From a virus, in the IMG/VR virus record IMGVR_UViG_3300021197_001653, positions 32,001 to 96,000 of that record: DNA of 64,000 nt. One strand, written 5' to 3'. This document shows, one piece after another, positions 10,701-19,718 of the stretch. A program made the position numbers and the translations under genes. Under the pieces are notes generated by a model that saw only the letters and a list, made by a program, of their open reading frames with translations, had not been told where the DNA came from and did not search any database. Position 1 is the stretch's first letter, and the number at the start of each line of letters is the position of its first letter.

Positions 10701-11699
10701 ATAGATAGTTGGACAGACTTTTTAGAAAATGAGACAATGGATTTAGATGGTAAATATGGTTCAATTAATAGTTTAATTAACGCTAATGATATGATATATG
10801 CTTTACAAGATAGTGCTATATCAAAATTAAGTATTAACCCTAGGATTCAAACACAAGGTAGTGATGGCTTAGGTATTGAATTAGGTACAGGTGGTATATT
10901 ATATGACTATAACTATATATCTACTAAATCAGGTACAGTAAATAAATGGTCTGTTTTTAACACACCTTATGGGTTTTATTACTTTGATTTATTAAATAAG
11001 AGTTACAATAGGGTAAGTAAAGGTATAGAAAATTTATCTTCATTAAAAGGTTTACATGCTCATTTTCAAAATAATATAGACTATACGCAATTAATTAAAG
11101 ATAACCCTTTATTACAACAAGGTGTTGTAGGTGGTTATAATAATATTAATAAAGAATCTTTTTTAACTGTATTACAAGGTAGTGAAAGTTTTACTATTGG
11201 ATTTAATGATAAAAAAGATTACTTTACTAGTTTTTATGATTTATTACCTAACATGTATATAAATAAAGGTTTTAAATCTTTGCTTATTAATCCTGATAAT
11301 AATAAGTTATATGATTTAGGTGAGGGTGAATATAGTAATTATTTTGATGTTAAATATCCTTCTTATATAACACTAATACTTAATCCTGAATCAGATTTAG
11401 ATTGTATATTTGATAATATAGAGTTTAATTCTGAAATTTATTTAAACGATATAGATCAACCTAATAATACATTAACTCATATACAAGCATATAATGAATA
11501 CCAAAATAGTGGTAAGATACCATTAATATTAGGAAGAAGTACAAATTTAAGAAGGAAATTTAGAAAATGGAGAGCTGATATACCTAGAGAAGGTAGGAAT
11601 AGAATAAGAAATCCTTGGATATTTTTAAAATTAGAATTAGATAGTGAAACAAATTATAAAATGATATTACATGATATAGTTGTAAATTATACAGTATAA
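7725..11699 (+). CDS. Muzzle / tail stabilisation protein
   Basis: 1324 aa; N-terminal GLNQD.S..YYDAKNIRI and C-terminal RRKFRKWR..IPR...RIRNPW motifs of crAss-like Tstab. Confidence 0.85.
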   Translation: MNKQSKFTYSGLNQDISKSKHPLQFYYDAKNIRIVNTNDQSSESISNDKGTLFILEIPNVTINSDNNSIDYNNKQLSFTNSPGNQILNSSLPSSSNNQKIIGHTVTNNSIILLSTDDNGFDCIWEVKELFENIFDLELLYCRDLNFSINNPIQILFNYENEKIQKIYWVDGVNQLRFVNIMHSITNGDLENLIDINSNSLNIVSDYTLSQPVLDSISGGGDHTSGMIQYSYNLYKLNGSQTTISPFSELIYLDKGATLGGGDTNEIVGSIPLVKINVLDDNYTHIKVYAIKYTSYNEIPSISLIKDEEIDSFSSYSFTDDGNKISDLSTSEFIFLGSNPITPKHIESKDNRLFVSNYTETAYDLNIDMRAYGHDSLGSSKLYTGNVLFVNNVLTGNFQSFSAGQELSSYNYSTKLDAINPNYDTYKYQKNGSIVGGEGLYVTYELVQKVSSQLRGNIKYNRFLKDNEIYRIGIQFYNKLGQKTDVKWIADFKTPSGNLQGNYNVLKVDIKQTEFNDYINSLNLTGNDIPTGYKIVRAERNIKDMTILCQGSLTGMMLQTTQDAKNYNYWKTEVNRANHSKNEVKLPIPLSRGFVLPSTETSLFPTSNLTQMNEGRSEKLDEIYRDNDTDYKRQQSWQYTKMMQMHSPDILFNTGLVFGNGLSLRVKGMVQHTTTHHRYNKINTVSKSIVENDVYYNINNLRSRRKAESFGTFGPVYDGETDNRTDFLSYNRRYGYYINGENEDNIIYGSPEITERGQGTTAYNGDSRYNYTNSLESVISDQYKGSSRDDAAMEGINSFGERCLTIVLGADNSLEADRPAMEDIVPSNIGNINGLLLTEVVRPTSYIYTGDIYGGLSVEDKSRTTYIEIGPYNDISAVAEDIENCGDIYVQLYRFGRLLKTDTEVYDPTKLQLTEIIEHPIESTVNLLNRNDISLLGWDNKFQPRYDEFHNYNRVYSQLSNLIKASTDSFKFKKINQFSTRIISSKLKVPGEFIDSWTDFLENETMDLDGKYGSINSLINANDMIYALQDSAISKLSINPRIQTQGSDGLGIELGTGGILYDYNYISTKSGTVNKWSVFNTPYGFYYFDLLNKSYNRVSKGIENLSSLKGLHAHFQNNIDYTQLIKDNPLLQQGVVGGYNNINKESFLTVLQGSESFTIGFNDKKDYFTSFYDLLPNMYINKGFKSLLINPDNNKLYDLGEGEYSNYFDVKYPSYITLILNPESDLDCIFDNIEFNSEIYLNDIDQPNNTLTHIQAYNEYQNSGKIPLILGRSTNLRRKFRKWRADIPREGRNRIRNPWIFLKLELDSETNYKMILHDIVVNYTV

Positions 11700-11730
11700 T
11701 AATATTTATTATAAATAAACTATAAATAAA

Positions 11731-11762
11731 TTTGGTTTATTCAATAATTTTTAGTATATTTG
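11731..11762 (+). promoter_or_regulatory. Bacteroidota sigma70-type promoter (-33 TTTG / -7 TATATTTG)
   Basis: TTTG at 11731-11734, 20-nt spacer, TAnnTTTG at 11755-11762; upstream of the cargo operon. Confidence 0.75.
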
Positions 11763-11812
11763 CAGTTCAATTATAGAATTTAAACTCATTTTATAAAATT
11801 TAATTAAGTTAG

Positions 11813-11848
11813 TATAGGGGTATTATAATAAATATCCCTATATTTTTA
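11813..11848 (+). terminator. Terminator-like hairpin upstream of cargo gene 1
   Basis: TATAGGGGTATT / AATATCCCTATA stem followed by a T run. Confidence 0.5.
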
Positions 11849-11857
11849 AAATAAGAT

Positions 11858-13738
11858 ATGAAAAATAAATATTTAAATGAATTTAATGAAGGTGGAAAAC
11901 ACTCTCAAAATCCTTTAGGTGGGATACCTCAAGGAATTGGTAGTAATGGTAAGCCTAATTTAGTTGAACAAGGTGAGACATCCTTTGATAGTAAAAATGG
12001 TAAATACATTTTTAGCGACAGTTTAGAAACAAATGACATTATGAAAATAGATTTAATTAGCGAGTTTAATTTACCTAAATATATTAAGGGTAAATCTTTT
12101 TCTGAAGCTAGCAAAGCTATTAATAATAAGTTTAAAGATAGAAATGATAAAGCGTCTTTAAATACACAAAAAGAATTATTAAATAGACTTACAGAAGCCC
12201 AAGAATATACTAAAATGCAGAAAGCATTAAAAAATAATTCACAAGAGGTACCTGATAATATGAATGGGGTTGTTCCGGAAGGGATGAATCAATTCAATGA
12301 AGGTGGTTTTTCTAATTTTATAAAAGAAAATGGTGAAGGTATTGCTTCTGCTGGAAGCGGGGCATTAAAGATGATTGGTAATTTAAGTGGCGAGGGTGTT
12401 TCAACTAATGCTGCATCTGCTGGATTATCTGGGGCTGCTGAAGGTGCAATGGCTGGAGCTGCTTTAGGTCCATTAGGAGCTATTGGAGGAGGTATATTAG
12501 GAGGTGTAACAAGTTTAATTGGATCTGGTAAAGCTAAAAAAGAGCTTTTAGAGAAAAATATGAATGATACACAAGGTTTTAGAAATGACAAATTAAATAC
12601 ATTTAAGTATGGTGGTAGTTTAAGATCTAATAAATATGCATTAGGAGGTCAAATAGATCCTAATGATAGTAGAATTCCTGAATATGCCCAAGGTGATAAA
12701 AGATTTGAAGGTGTGCCATTTAGAAGTAATAGGTACGAAAGGTTATTATCTGATATAAAGAAAAAACATAATACTTCAATTGATACAAGTGGTGTAAGTG
12801 ATTTATATAGAGCGGCACCATTAGCTAAATCAGTACAAGGTGGTTCACCAAGTGCATTAGGAACATATAGAGATTTACTTATGAAAGGTCGTAAAGGTAG
12901 ACCAGAAACAACCCCTATTACAGAAGCTGATATGAAATTAGATCTTTTAAAGGGTATTAATAGCACAACATCTAATTCATTTAGAAATGGTGGATCTATA
13001 TCATCATTAAAACCATTAACAACAAAAGAAGATTTACAATTTAGAGCTAATCCTTTAGATAATTTAAATACACCCACTTTACAAGGTAGACCATCCCCTG
13101 AATTACCAAAAGAACAAAGTAATTTTAGAAAACTATTAGGTCAAGGAGCTAGTTATTTAAAAGATAATGCACCTAAATTAGCAAGGTTAGCTCCTGTAGC
13201 TACGAATGCATTACAATTATCTAACTTAAAAAGACCTCAACATGAATCTTTAAATAGATTAAATACTAGATATAAAAGAGATTTAGTAGATGAGAAGACT
13301 TTACAAAATTTAGTTAATGAACAATACGGCGGTACAGCTGAAAAACTTGCTAATGCAGCAGGTGGCTCAACAAGTGGGTTGAGAGCTAGTTTATTAGGAG
13401 CTCAATTAAACAAATCAAAAGCTTTATCAGATGCTTTTTCAAGAGCTGATCAAAATAATAGATCTGAAAATGAATTATCTCAAAAATTTAATTTAGGTGT
13501 TGATAAAATTAATTTACAACAAGATAATTTAGAAGGTGATATAAATGCTAAGAATAGAGGATCATTTGAAAGTAATAAGTCTAAATTAATATCCCAACTT
13601 GGTACTGATGTGGGTCGTATTGGTAAAGAAGCTAGTCAAATGGCATCAGTAGCTAAAATGTTTGGTTATACTTGGGATGGTAAATTCATGAGAGATAAGA
13701 AAGGTAAAATAATTAACCTTAATAAAGGAACTAAATAA
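11858..13738 (+). CDS. Virion cargo (ejection) protein 1, crAss-like
   Basis: GGKH..NP.GGIP.G...VEQGET...YIFSD N-terminus, repeated (F/Y)xxGG motifs, and a Gly/Ala-rich hydrophobic segment. Confidence 0.75.
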   Translation: MKNKYLNEFNEGGKHSQNPLGGIPQGIGSNGKPNLVEQGETSFDSKNGKYIFSDSLETNDIMKIDLISEFNLPKYIKGKSFSEASKAINNKFKDRNDKASLNTQKELLNRLTEAQEYTKMQKALKNNSQEVPDNMNGVVPEGMNQFNEGGFSNFIKENGEGIASAGSGALKMIGNLSGEGVSTNAASAGLSGAAEGAMAGAALGPLGAIGGGILGGVTSLIGSGKAKKELLEKNMNDTQGFRNDKLNTFKYGGSLRSNKYALGGQIDPNDSRIPEYAQGDKRFEGVPFRSNRYERLLSDIKKKHNTSIDTSGVSDLYRAAPLAKSVQGGSPSALGTYRDLLMKGRKGRPETTPITEADMKLDLLKGINSTTSNSFRNGGSISSLKPLTTKEDLQFRANPLDNLNTPTLQGRPSPELPKEQSNFRKLLGQGASYLKDNAPKLARLAPVATNALQLSNLKRPQHESLNRLNTRYKRDLVDEKTLQNLVNEQYGGTAEKLANAAGGSTSGLRASLLGAQLNKSKALSDAFSRADQNNRSENELSQKFNLGVDKINLQQDNLEGDINAKNRGSFESNKSKLISQLGTDVGRIGKEASQMASVAKMFGYTWDGKFMRDKKGKIINLNKGTK

Positions 13739-15549
13739 TGGCTAATAGATATACAAATATAACAACTTCTCAATATGATCCTATGTCGTTACAGGAATTA
13801 ATGGCTGCTCCATCTTATTTAAGGAAGCAACATGATGATTTAGAATCACAAGCTAGTAAATTAGGAATAATTGATTCTAATAGATTGGATGTAGATAATG
13901 AGTTAGTTACAGGGGAAATAGGTAAATTTGAAGAAGGTGTAGGTTCTTATGTAGATCAATTAGCTACAGAAGGTTTTAATCCTACTAGCAAAAGAGGTTT
14001 ATATAAACTAGCTAAACAAAGAAGAGATTTATTATCACCTGAAGGTTCAATAGGTAAAGCAAAAAAAAGTTATGATGCTCATGCTAAAAATAAACAGGTT
14101 CTTTCTAAAATGTATCAAAGTGGTAAAATTAGTAAAGATAAATATGAATTAGGTATAGCTAAATCATTACAAGATTATACTAATACTGGTGGTATTGCTA
14201 ATCAAGGTGTTTATAATGACTTTAATGCAGTTAAGGATACGGATGTTATTGAGAAGGCCAGAAAGGTAGCTTTAGATATACAAAGGAATCCTAAAATATT
14301 AGAATCATTTGGTCTTATAAAAAAAGGTGATAGATATTATGATATTAAAACTAGAAAAGAATATACTCAACAAGGAGCTATAAAATTTGGAATTAAAAAT
14401 ACATTAGCGTTAGATCAAGATGTAATGTCTGATTTAAATCAGAGAGAACAATTAGGAATGCTTGGTGATAATACAGCTAGTGATTATTTAAATACATTAG
14501 GGTCTTTAGATGAAGTAATATACTCTAAAAATAAACAAACACAAACTAGACGTGGTTTCTTTGATCCTTTGGAAATAGCCGCTAAGAAGAAAGCATTAGA
14601 TAAAGCATACGAGACTAAAAATGTTGATTTTGAAGGGTTTGTTACTGGAAAACAAGTAATATATGATGAAGATTCAATAAATGATTTACAAAGGATAGTA
14701 AGTGGTAAGACACAAATTGATGAAACTAAATATGTAAATCATGGTGATGCATCTTTCTTATCAGCAATAGCAGATATATTTTCAGGTAAAGCACCAAAAA
14801 AACCTATAGTATTTAAGGAATTAAGTGGTGAATTAAAAACTAAAACTGAAAATATATTTAATGGTTTAAAAAGAACAGGTGTGCTTAGTGAAAATGCGTT
14901 AATAAATGATAAAGCTACACTTAAAGCTGTTGTAAATTATATGCAAAATAACCAAGCTGTTGTAATACAACCAAATCTTATTAAACATGGTGATGTGCTT
15001 AAATCTGAAAAAATTGGTAAAGACATTATTAATAATGCTTCTAGTAGAGAGTTTTATAATACTAAAACTGGTAAAATAATGACATATGAAGATATGATAG
15101 ATAAAGGTTACCTTACTGCTGAGAAAAATGATAATTATAAAGCTACAACATATAGAGGTAGTTTAGGTGCAGATAATATGTATTCATTAAAAGTTCCTGC
15201 ACATGCAAGAGCTGGTTATATTACACCACATGTACTAAATATAAAAGGTCAAGAGTTTTTAGTTCCTGGTAGTAGATCTCAATTAAATAGTCAGAAACAT
15301 TTAATGGATTCTAAATTTAATAGAGTATTCCAAAAATTAGCTACTCAACCTGGTTTACCAACCAATTTTCAATGGAAAGATCCACGTAATCAAAAAATTA
15401 GAGACGTTGAAATAATGAGATTATCTAAAACGAGTGAAGAATATCAAAAATATGGAGCACCTTACTTAATGAATATAGATGGTGTTTTAAAACCAATTAG
15501 CGAAGGTATTTTTAGAAGAATGCAAGCTGATTTAAATATGCAAAACTAA
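13738..15549 (+). CDS. Virion cargo protein
   Basis: MANRY...Y.PM..QELM.AP N-terminus typical of this crAss locus. Confidence 0.6.
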   Translation: MANRYTNITTSQYDPMSLQELMAAPSYLRKQHDDLESQASKLGIIDSNRLDVDNELVTGEIGKFEEGVGSYVDQLATEGFNPTSKRGLYKLAKQRRDLLSPEGSIGKAKKSYDAHAKNKQVLSKMYQSGKISKDKYELGIAKSLQDYTNTGGIANQGVYNDFNAVKDTDVIEKARKVALDIQRNPKILESFGLIKKGDRYYDIKTRKEYTQQGAIKFGIKNTLALDQDVMSDLNQREQLGMLGDNTASDYLNTLGSLDEVIYSKNKQTQTRRGFFDPLEIAAKKKALDKAYETKNVDFEGFVTGKQVIYDEDSINDLQRIVSGKTQIDETKYVNHGDASFLSAIADIFSGKAPKKPIVFKELSGELKTKTENIFNGLKRTGVLSENALINDKATLKAVVNYMQNNQAVVIQPNLIKHGDVLKSEKIGKDIINNASSREFYNTKTGKIMTYEDMIDKGYLTAEKNDNYKATTYRGSLGADNMYSLKVPAHARAGYITPHVLNIKGQEFLVPGSRSQLNSQKHLMDSKFNRVFQKLATQPGLPTNFQWKDPRNQKIRDVEIMRLSKTSEEYQKYGAPYLMNIDGVLKPISEGIFRRMQADLNMQN

Positions 15550-18500
15550 TGGAAGATGAATTTGACATAGAAAATTTATACCCTGAATTAGACCCAGCTA
15601 CATTATCTAACCCAGATAATGTTTCTTCTATTATACAATATAATAGTAAACTTGGGGAATCTCAATATGATGATGGGTTTTTAGCACACTTACATCAAGA
15701 TGAAGGTGATATAGATACCGCTTTAAATTCATATAGAGCTAGTAAACAATCTGGTTGGGATCAATTAGGTAATTCATTAGGTAGACTTACTAATATTATA
15801 CCAGAAGCTATTGGTGGGATTGCATCAGCATTTGATTTTGAAGATTATTTTAATTCTAATCAGGAAGTTGGTAACTGGTTAACTACAATGATGGATGAAT
15901 GGAAAGAAACTACAACTGAAGCTTTACCAATATATAGAGAAAATCCTGGTAAGTCATTAGATTTTGGTGATTCAGGATGGTGGTTTGAAAACGGTTCATC
16001 TTTAGTTAATTCTATAGGTGGATTTGCTATATCTGGTGGTGTTATAACCAAAGGGTTAGGTGGTTTAAGTAAACTTTCTAGAGTTGATAAGCTAGCTAAA
16101 ATGATAGGGGGAGTAAATAAAGCTAATAAAGTAGGTCAAGTTGCTCAAACAGCTACTACAGCTACAATGCTTAACCAAGCTGAATCTATAATGGAAGCTA
16201 CCCAAGTATTTGATTCAACATATAAATTTGAATTTGATAAATTAAGTGCTGCTAATGATCCAGATGCTGAATCTAAAGCTAAACAAAAAGCTGCTGATGC
16301 CGCTAAATTAACTATTAATGCTAATAGAGCTAATATAATTTTAAATTTATCATCTGCTAATTTATTTTTAAAAGCACCTAAATTAACAAGCAATATACTT
16401 AAAAAGGAAACATTTAGAAGTAATTTAACTAGAGGTGGTGTTGAAGGTGTTCAAGAATCAGCTGAGGAAGTTATAAATTTAATAGCTGGTGATATAGGTA
16501 GAGCTTTTGGTGAAGATAAAGATTATAGTTTAAGTGCGGTATTAAATAATTTAAATGCAGCTGAAGCTACTGAAGCAGCCTTATTAGGTTTTATAGGTGG
16601 TATGGGTCAAACTGTTATCACAAAAGAAGGTGTTAATAGACTTAATAAAACTATTGATCCTGATACAGGTGAAAAAATATCAGTTAGAGATTATAATAAA
16701 AAACAATATGATCAACAACAAGAAATAATACAAGAATATGATGATAATGCTAAGGAAAATAATATTAAAACATTTACAAATGCATTTGATAGTATAAAAG
16801 ATAATTTGATATTACAAAAAGCTTATAAAAAAGCTATTAAAAATGAAGATAATGAAGAGGCTCAGAGACTAGCTAATTTAACATTAGGTGTCCAATCATT
16901 TCATGCTTTTAAAAATGGTACTACTGAAAACCTTATTAAATTATACGAAGAATTAAAAAAAGGCCCTCAGAAAGAGGGAATGGGTGAAGATTATAAAGAA
17001 AAAGCTTCTGCTGCTATTTCTAATATTAAAAAATTAGAAAAATACTATAATTTTTCACAAGAATTTGCTAATAATAAAGAGGTATATCTTAATAGGAACA
17101 TAGATGTAGAATTAACTAATGAACTTAATAATTATAATAATTTATTAACAGAAAAAGAAGGTGATTTAAATAGTAAAATAGAGCATAAGTTAAAATATAA
17201 GAGATATGCTAAATTAAACTTTCATCCTCAAGATAGACCTAAAATAAGCCCAACTCCTGTTACTGCTAGTGATTTAGATACTGAAACAGAAAATGTTTTA
17301 AAAAATAAGTTTAAATCTACTATAAAGAAGTTACCTGAGTATAAAGCCTATGTTGATACTCAAAATAAGATTGATGATATATTATCTAAAATTGATAAAA
17401 ATGACAATGATTTTAATAAAATAACATCTGATAAGTATCAAACATCTTACAAAAAGAAGATTGAATCTATTGATAAAGCTATTAAAAATTCTATTGATAA
17501 ACAACAAGCTAAAGTAGAAAAAGAAATTAAAACAGAAGAAGCGGAAGCAATTAAAGAGGAAGAAAAAGCTGTTAGAGCAGAAAAAGTTACTACCCAAGCA
17601 GTTGATGCTGAAACAGAAAATATTACAAATGATGTGCATAAAGCAGTCTCTAACTTAAAACCATATGATATTTTTACTATACCTGAAAGCCTTAGTGCTA
17701 CACATGCAGGTAAACAATTTTATTTAGATGGTAGTTCATCAACAGATGATATAAAAGTATTAAAAGATACTAATACTGGAAGTAATATTATTATTGAAGT
17801 ACCTACTTATAAGAAAACTCAAGCTAATAATTATGATATAGATGATTATGCTACATCTGAAGGTGGTGATATTAATAGAGTAGTTACAAATAATGAAAAT
17901 ACTTTAGATACTAATCCTGATAAAATAGGTAATGGTTCTAAATTAATAAGTACTGATAATAAAGGTAAAGCGTTTGATTTTATCAAAAAAGATTATGCAG
18001 CTTATTTAGATTATGAAAAAGAACCTATTGATAAGATTGGAACTATTGTAAAGTTCAGTTTAAATACAAACGATTTAAAGAATCCTAAATGGACAAAGGC
18101 TACGGCATTATATAAAAAAGGTATTAATACCTTAAATGATACTGAAATTGAATATTTAATAGATTATTTACCAATTGATGCTGTACTTACAGATAAAATT
18201 AAGGCTCCTATTGAAACTATACCTACTACTGAACAAGATCCAGTTAGATATATCAACAGTTCTAGAATATTAAGAAAGAATATTATTAACGAATTAATGA
18301 ATGGTAAATCTCTTAATGAGCTTAATACAACTATTGAAGGTCAATATGAAGGTGTTTTAAAAGTTGATGAAAAAGTTGATGGTAAGGTTCTTGAAAACTC
18401 CATAATGGACTTACATTTCTTAAAAGGTAAAAGTAAGGCTGATAAAATTAAAACAATTAAAGAAAATATAGGTGTTGTTAATGATAATGGTGATATTACA

Positions 18501-19715
18501 TTTGTAAATGGTGCAAAAGTACCAATGAAAGTTAGTTCTAAAGGTGAATTTTACTTAAGAATGCCAATGGCAAACGGTAAACCTTTCTATTTAAAACTAA
18601 ATAGTAAGAAAATATCTATTGATCATGCTTCATTATTACATGATTTATATTCTGTTAGAATAAATGATACTGACTTAACTAAATCTACAAGAATTAATGA
18701 GTTAGAACCATCACTAGCATCTAAAATTAATAATGTTTTAAAAGATGAGGTTAATCTTATAGGGACTAAAGGTGATTTAACAATAAAAGATGTTATTGAC
18801 TTTTTAGTATGGGATGGGGCTAAGTCAATTAAATCTAGAATTAAATTAGAAGGTACTGGAACTGAAGGAGGAAGGCAATTTATATATGGTAATCCTGGTT
18901 TAAATGGTGCTATAGTTAATAAAGGTGAGGTTATTAATAAAGAAAATTTTACTAATTGGCTAACTTCTGATAAAAGATATTCAATATCATTTAAACCTAA
19001 GAAAGGTCAACAATCTAAAGCTAGTATATCTATAAATGATAAATATTTAGAATACTTATTAGATAATAAAATATTAAATACAAACGCTGTTGTTGGTGAG
19101 AATAATCCAACTTTTCAAGGTTTTACAACAATTTACTTAAATAGTAATGGTATAGAGAAATCCAAAGTATCGCCAAAGTTTGATTCTAAAGTAGATGGTG
19201 ATTCTGATGATTTAGTTAGTAGAATTGTAGGTTCAAATACTTATCTTGCATCTATTAAAAGTGGTAGGCTGTTTTCAGTAAATAAAAATATTGAATCTCT
19301 TCATACTAGAATAATGAGTAATGCAGAACTAGTTAGTAGTGTAGTTAAAGATAATAAGATAATAGATCAATTTGAAAAAGAAAATAATGCGGATGACTCA
19401 TTTGATTTATTTCAAGATAGAGTTCTTGTAAGTTTAACTAGATATAGTGCACCAACTCCTAATTTAAAAGAAAAACTTGAAATTAAAGAAGTACAAAAAA
19501 AGAAAGAGAAAATAATACCTAAAGATGAAGTTAATGTTTCTGATAGATTAATACAAGATTTAACAATACATTTAGCAACAGCAGGATTACTTAGATTAGA
19601 TAAACAGTTTGAAAAAACATCTAAGAAAGGTAATAAAGCATTATTTGAATATTTAAAAAATATAGCTGATTCTAATAAAGAAGATATAGCTGCAATTATT
19701 AAAAAATGCCAATAA
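15549..19715 (+). CDS. Large virion cargo protein, RNAP-associated
   Basis: 1388 aa with LPIY...WW, EG.QE..EE and hydrophobic segments; directly precedes the vRNAP. Confidence 0.65.
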   Translation: MEDEFDIENLYPELDPATLSNPDNVSSIIQYNSKLGESQYDDGFLAHLHQDEGDIDTALNSYRASKQSGWDQLGNSLGRLTNIIPEAIGGIASAFDFEDYFNSNQEVGNWLTTMMDEWKETTTEALPIYRENPGKSLDFGDSGWWFENGSSLVNSIGGFAISGGVITKGLGGLSKLSRVDKLAKMIGGVNKANKVGQVAQTATTATMLNQAESIMEATQVFDSTYKFEFDKLSAANDPDAESKAKQKAADAAKLTINANRANIILNLSSANLFLKAPKLTSNILKKETFRSNLTRGGVEGVQESAEEVINLIAGDIGRAFGEDKDYSLSAVLNNLNAAEATEAALLGFIGGMGQTVITKEGVNRLNKTIDPDTGEKISVRDYNKKQYDQQQEIIQEYDDNAKENNIKTFTNAFDSIKDNLILQKAYKKAIKNEDNEEAQRLANLTLGVQSFHAFKNGTTENLIKLYEELKKGPQKEGMGEDYKEKASAAISNIKKLEKYYNFSQEFANNKEVYLNRNIDVELTNELNNYNNLLTEKEGDLNSKIEHKLKYKRYAKLNFHPQDRPKISPTPVTASDLDTETENVLKNKFKSTIKKLPEYKAYVDTQNKIDDILSKIDKNDNDFNKITSDKYQTSYKKKIESIDKAIKNSIDKQQAKVEKEIKTEEAEAIKEEEKAVRAEKVTTQAVDAETENITNDVHKAVSNLKPYDIFTIPESLSATHAGKQFYLDGSSSTDDIKVLKDTNTGSNIIIEVPTYKKTQANNYDIDDYATSEGGDINRVVTNNENTLDTNPDKIGNGSKLISTDNKGKAFDFIKKDYAAYLDYEKEPIDKIGTIVKFSLNTNDLKNPKWTKATALYKKGINTLNDTEIEYLIDYLPIDAVLTDKIKAPIETIPTTEQDPVRYINSSRILRKNIINELMNGKSLNELNTTIEGQYEGVLKVDEKVDGKVLENSIMDLHFLKGKSKADKIKTIKENIGVVNDNGDITFVNGAKVPMKVSSKGEFYLRMPMANGKPFYLKLNSKKISIDHASLLHDLYSVRINDTDLTKSTRINELEPSLASKINNVLKDEVNLIGTKGDLTIKDVIDFLVWDGAKSIKSRIKLEGTGTEGGRQFIYGNPGLNGAIVNKGEVINKENFTNWLTSDKRYSISFKPKKGQQSKASISINDKYLEYLLDNKILNTNAVVGENNPTFQGFTTIYLNSNGIEKSKVSPKFDSKVDGDSDDLVSRIVGSNTYLASIKSGRLFSVNKNIESLHTRIMSNAELVSSVVKDNKIIDQFEKENNADDSFDLFQDRVLVSLTRYSAPTPNLKEKLEIKEVQKKKEKIIPKDEVNVSDRLIQDLTIHLATAGLLRLDKQFEKTSKKGNKALFEYLKNIADSNKEDIAAIIKKCQ

Positions 19716-19718
19716 AAT

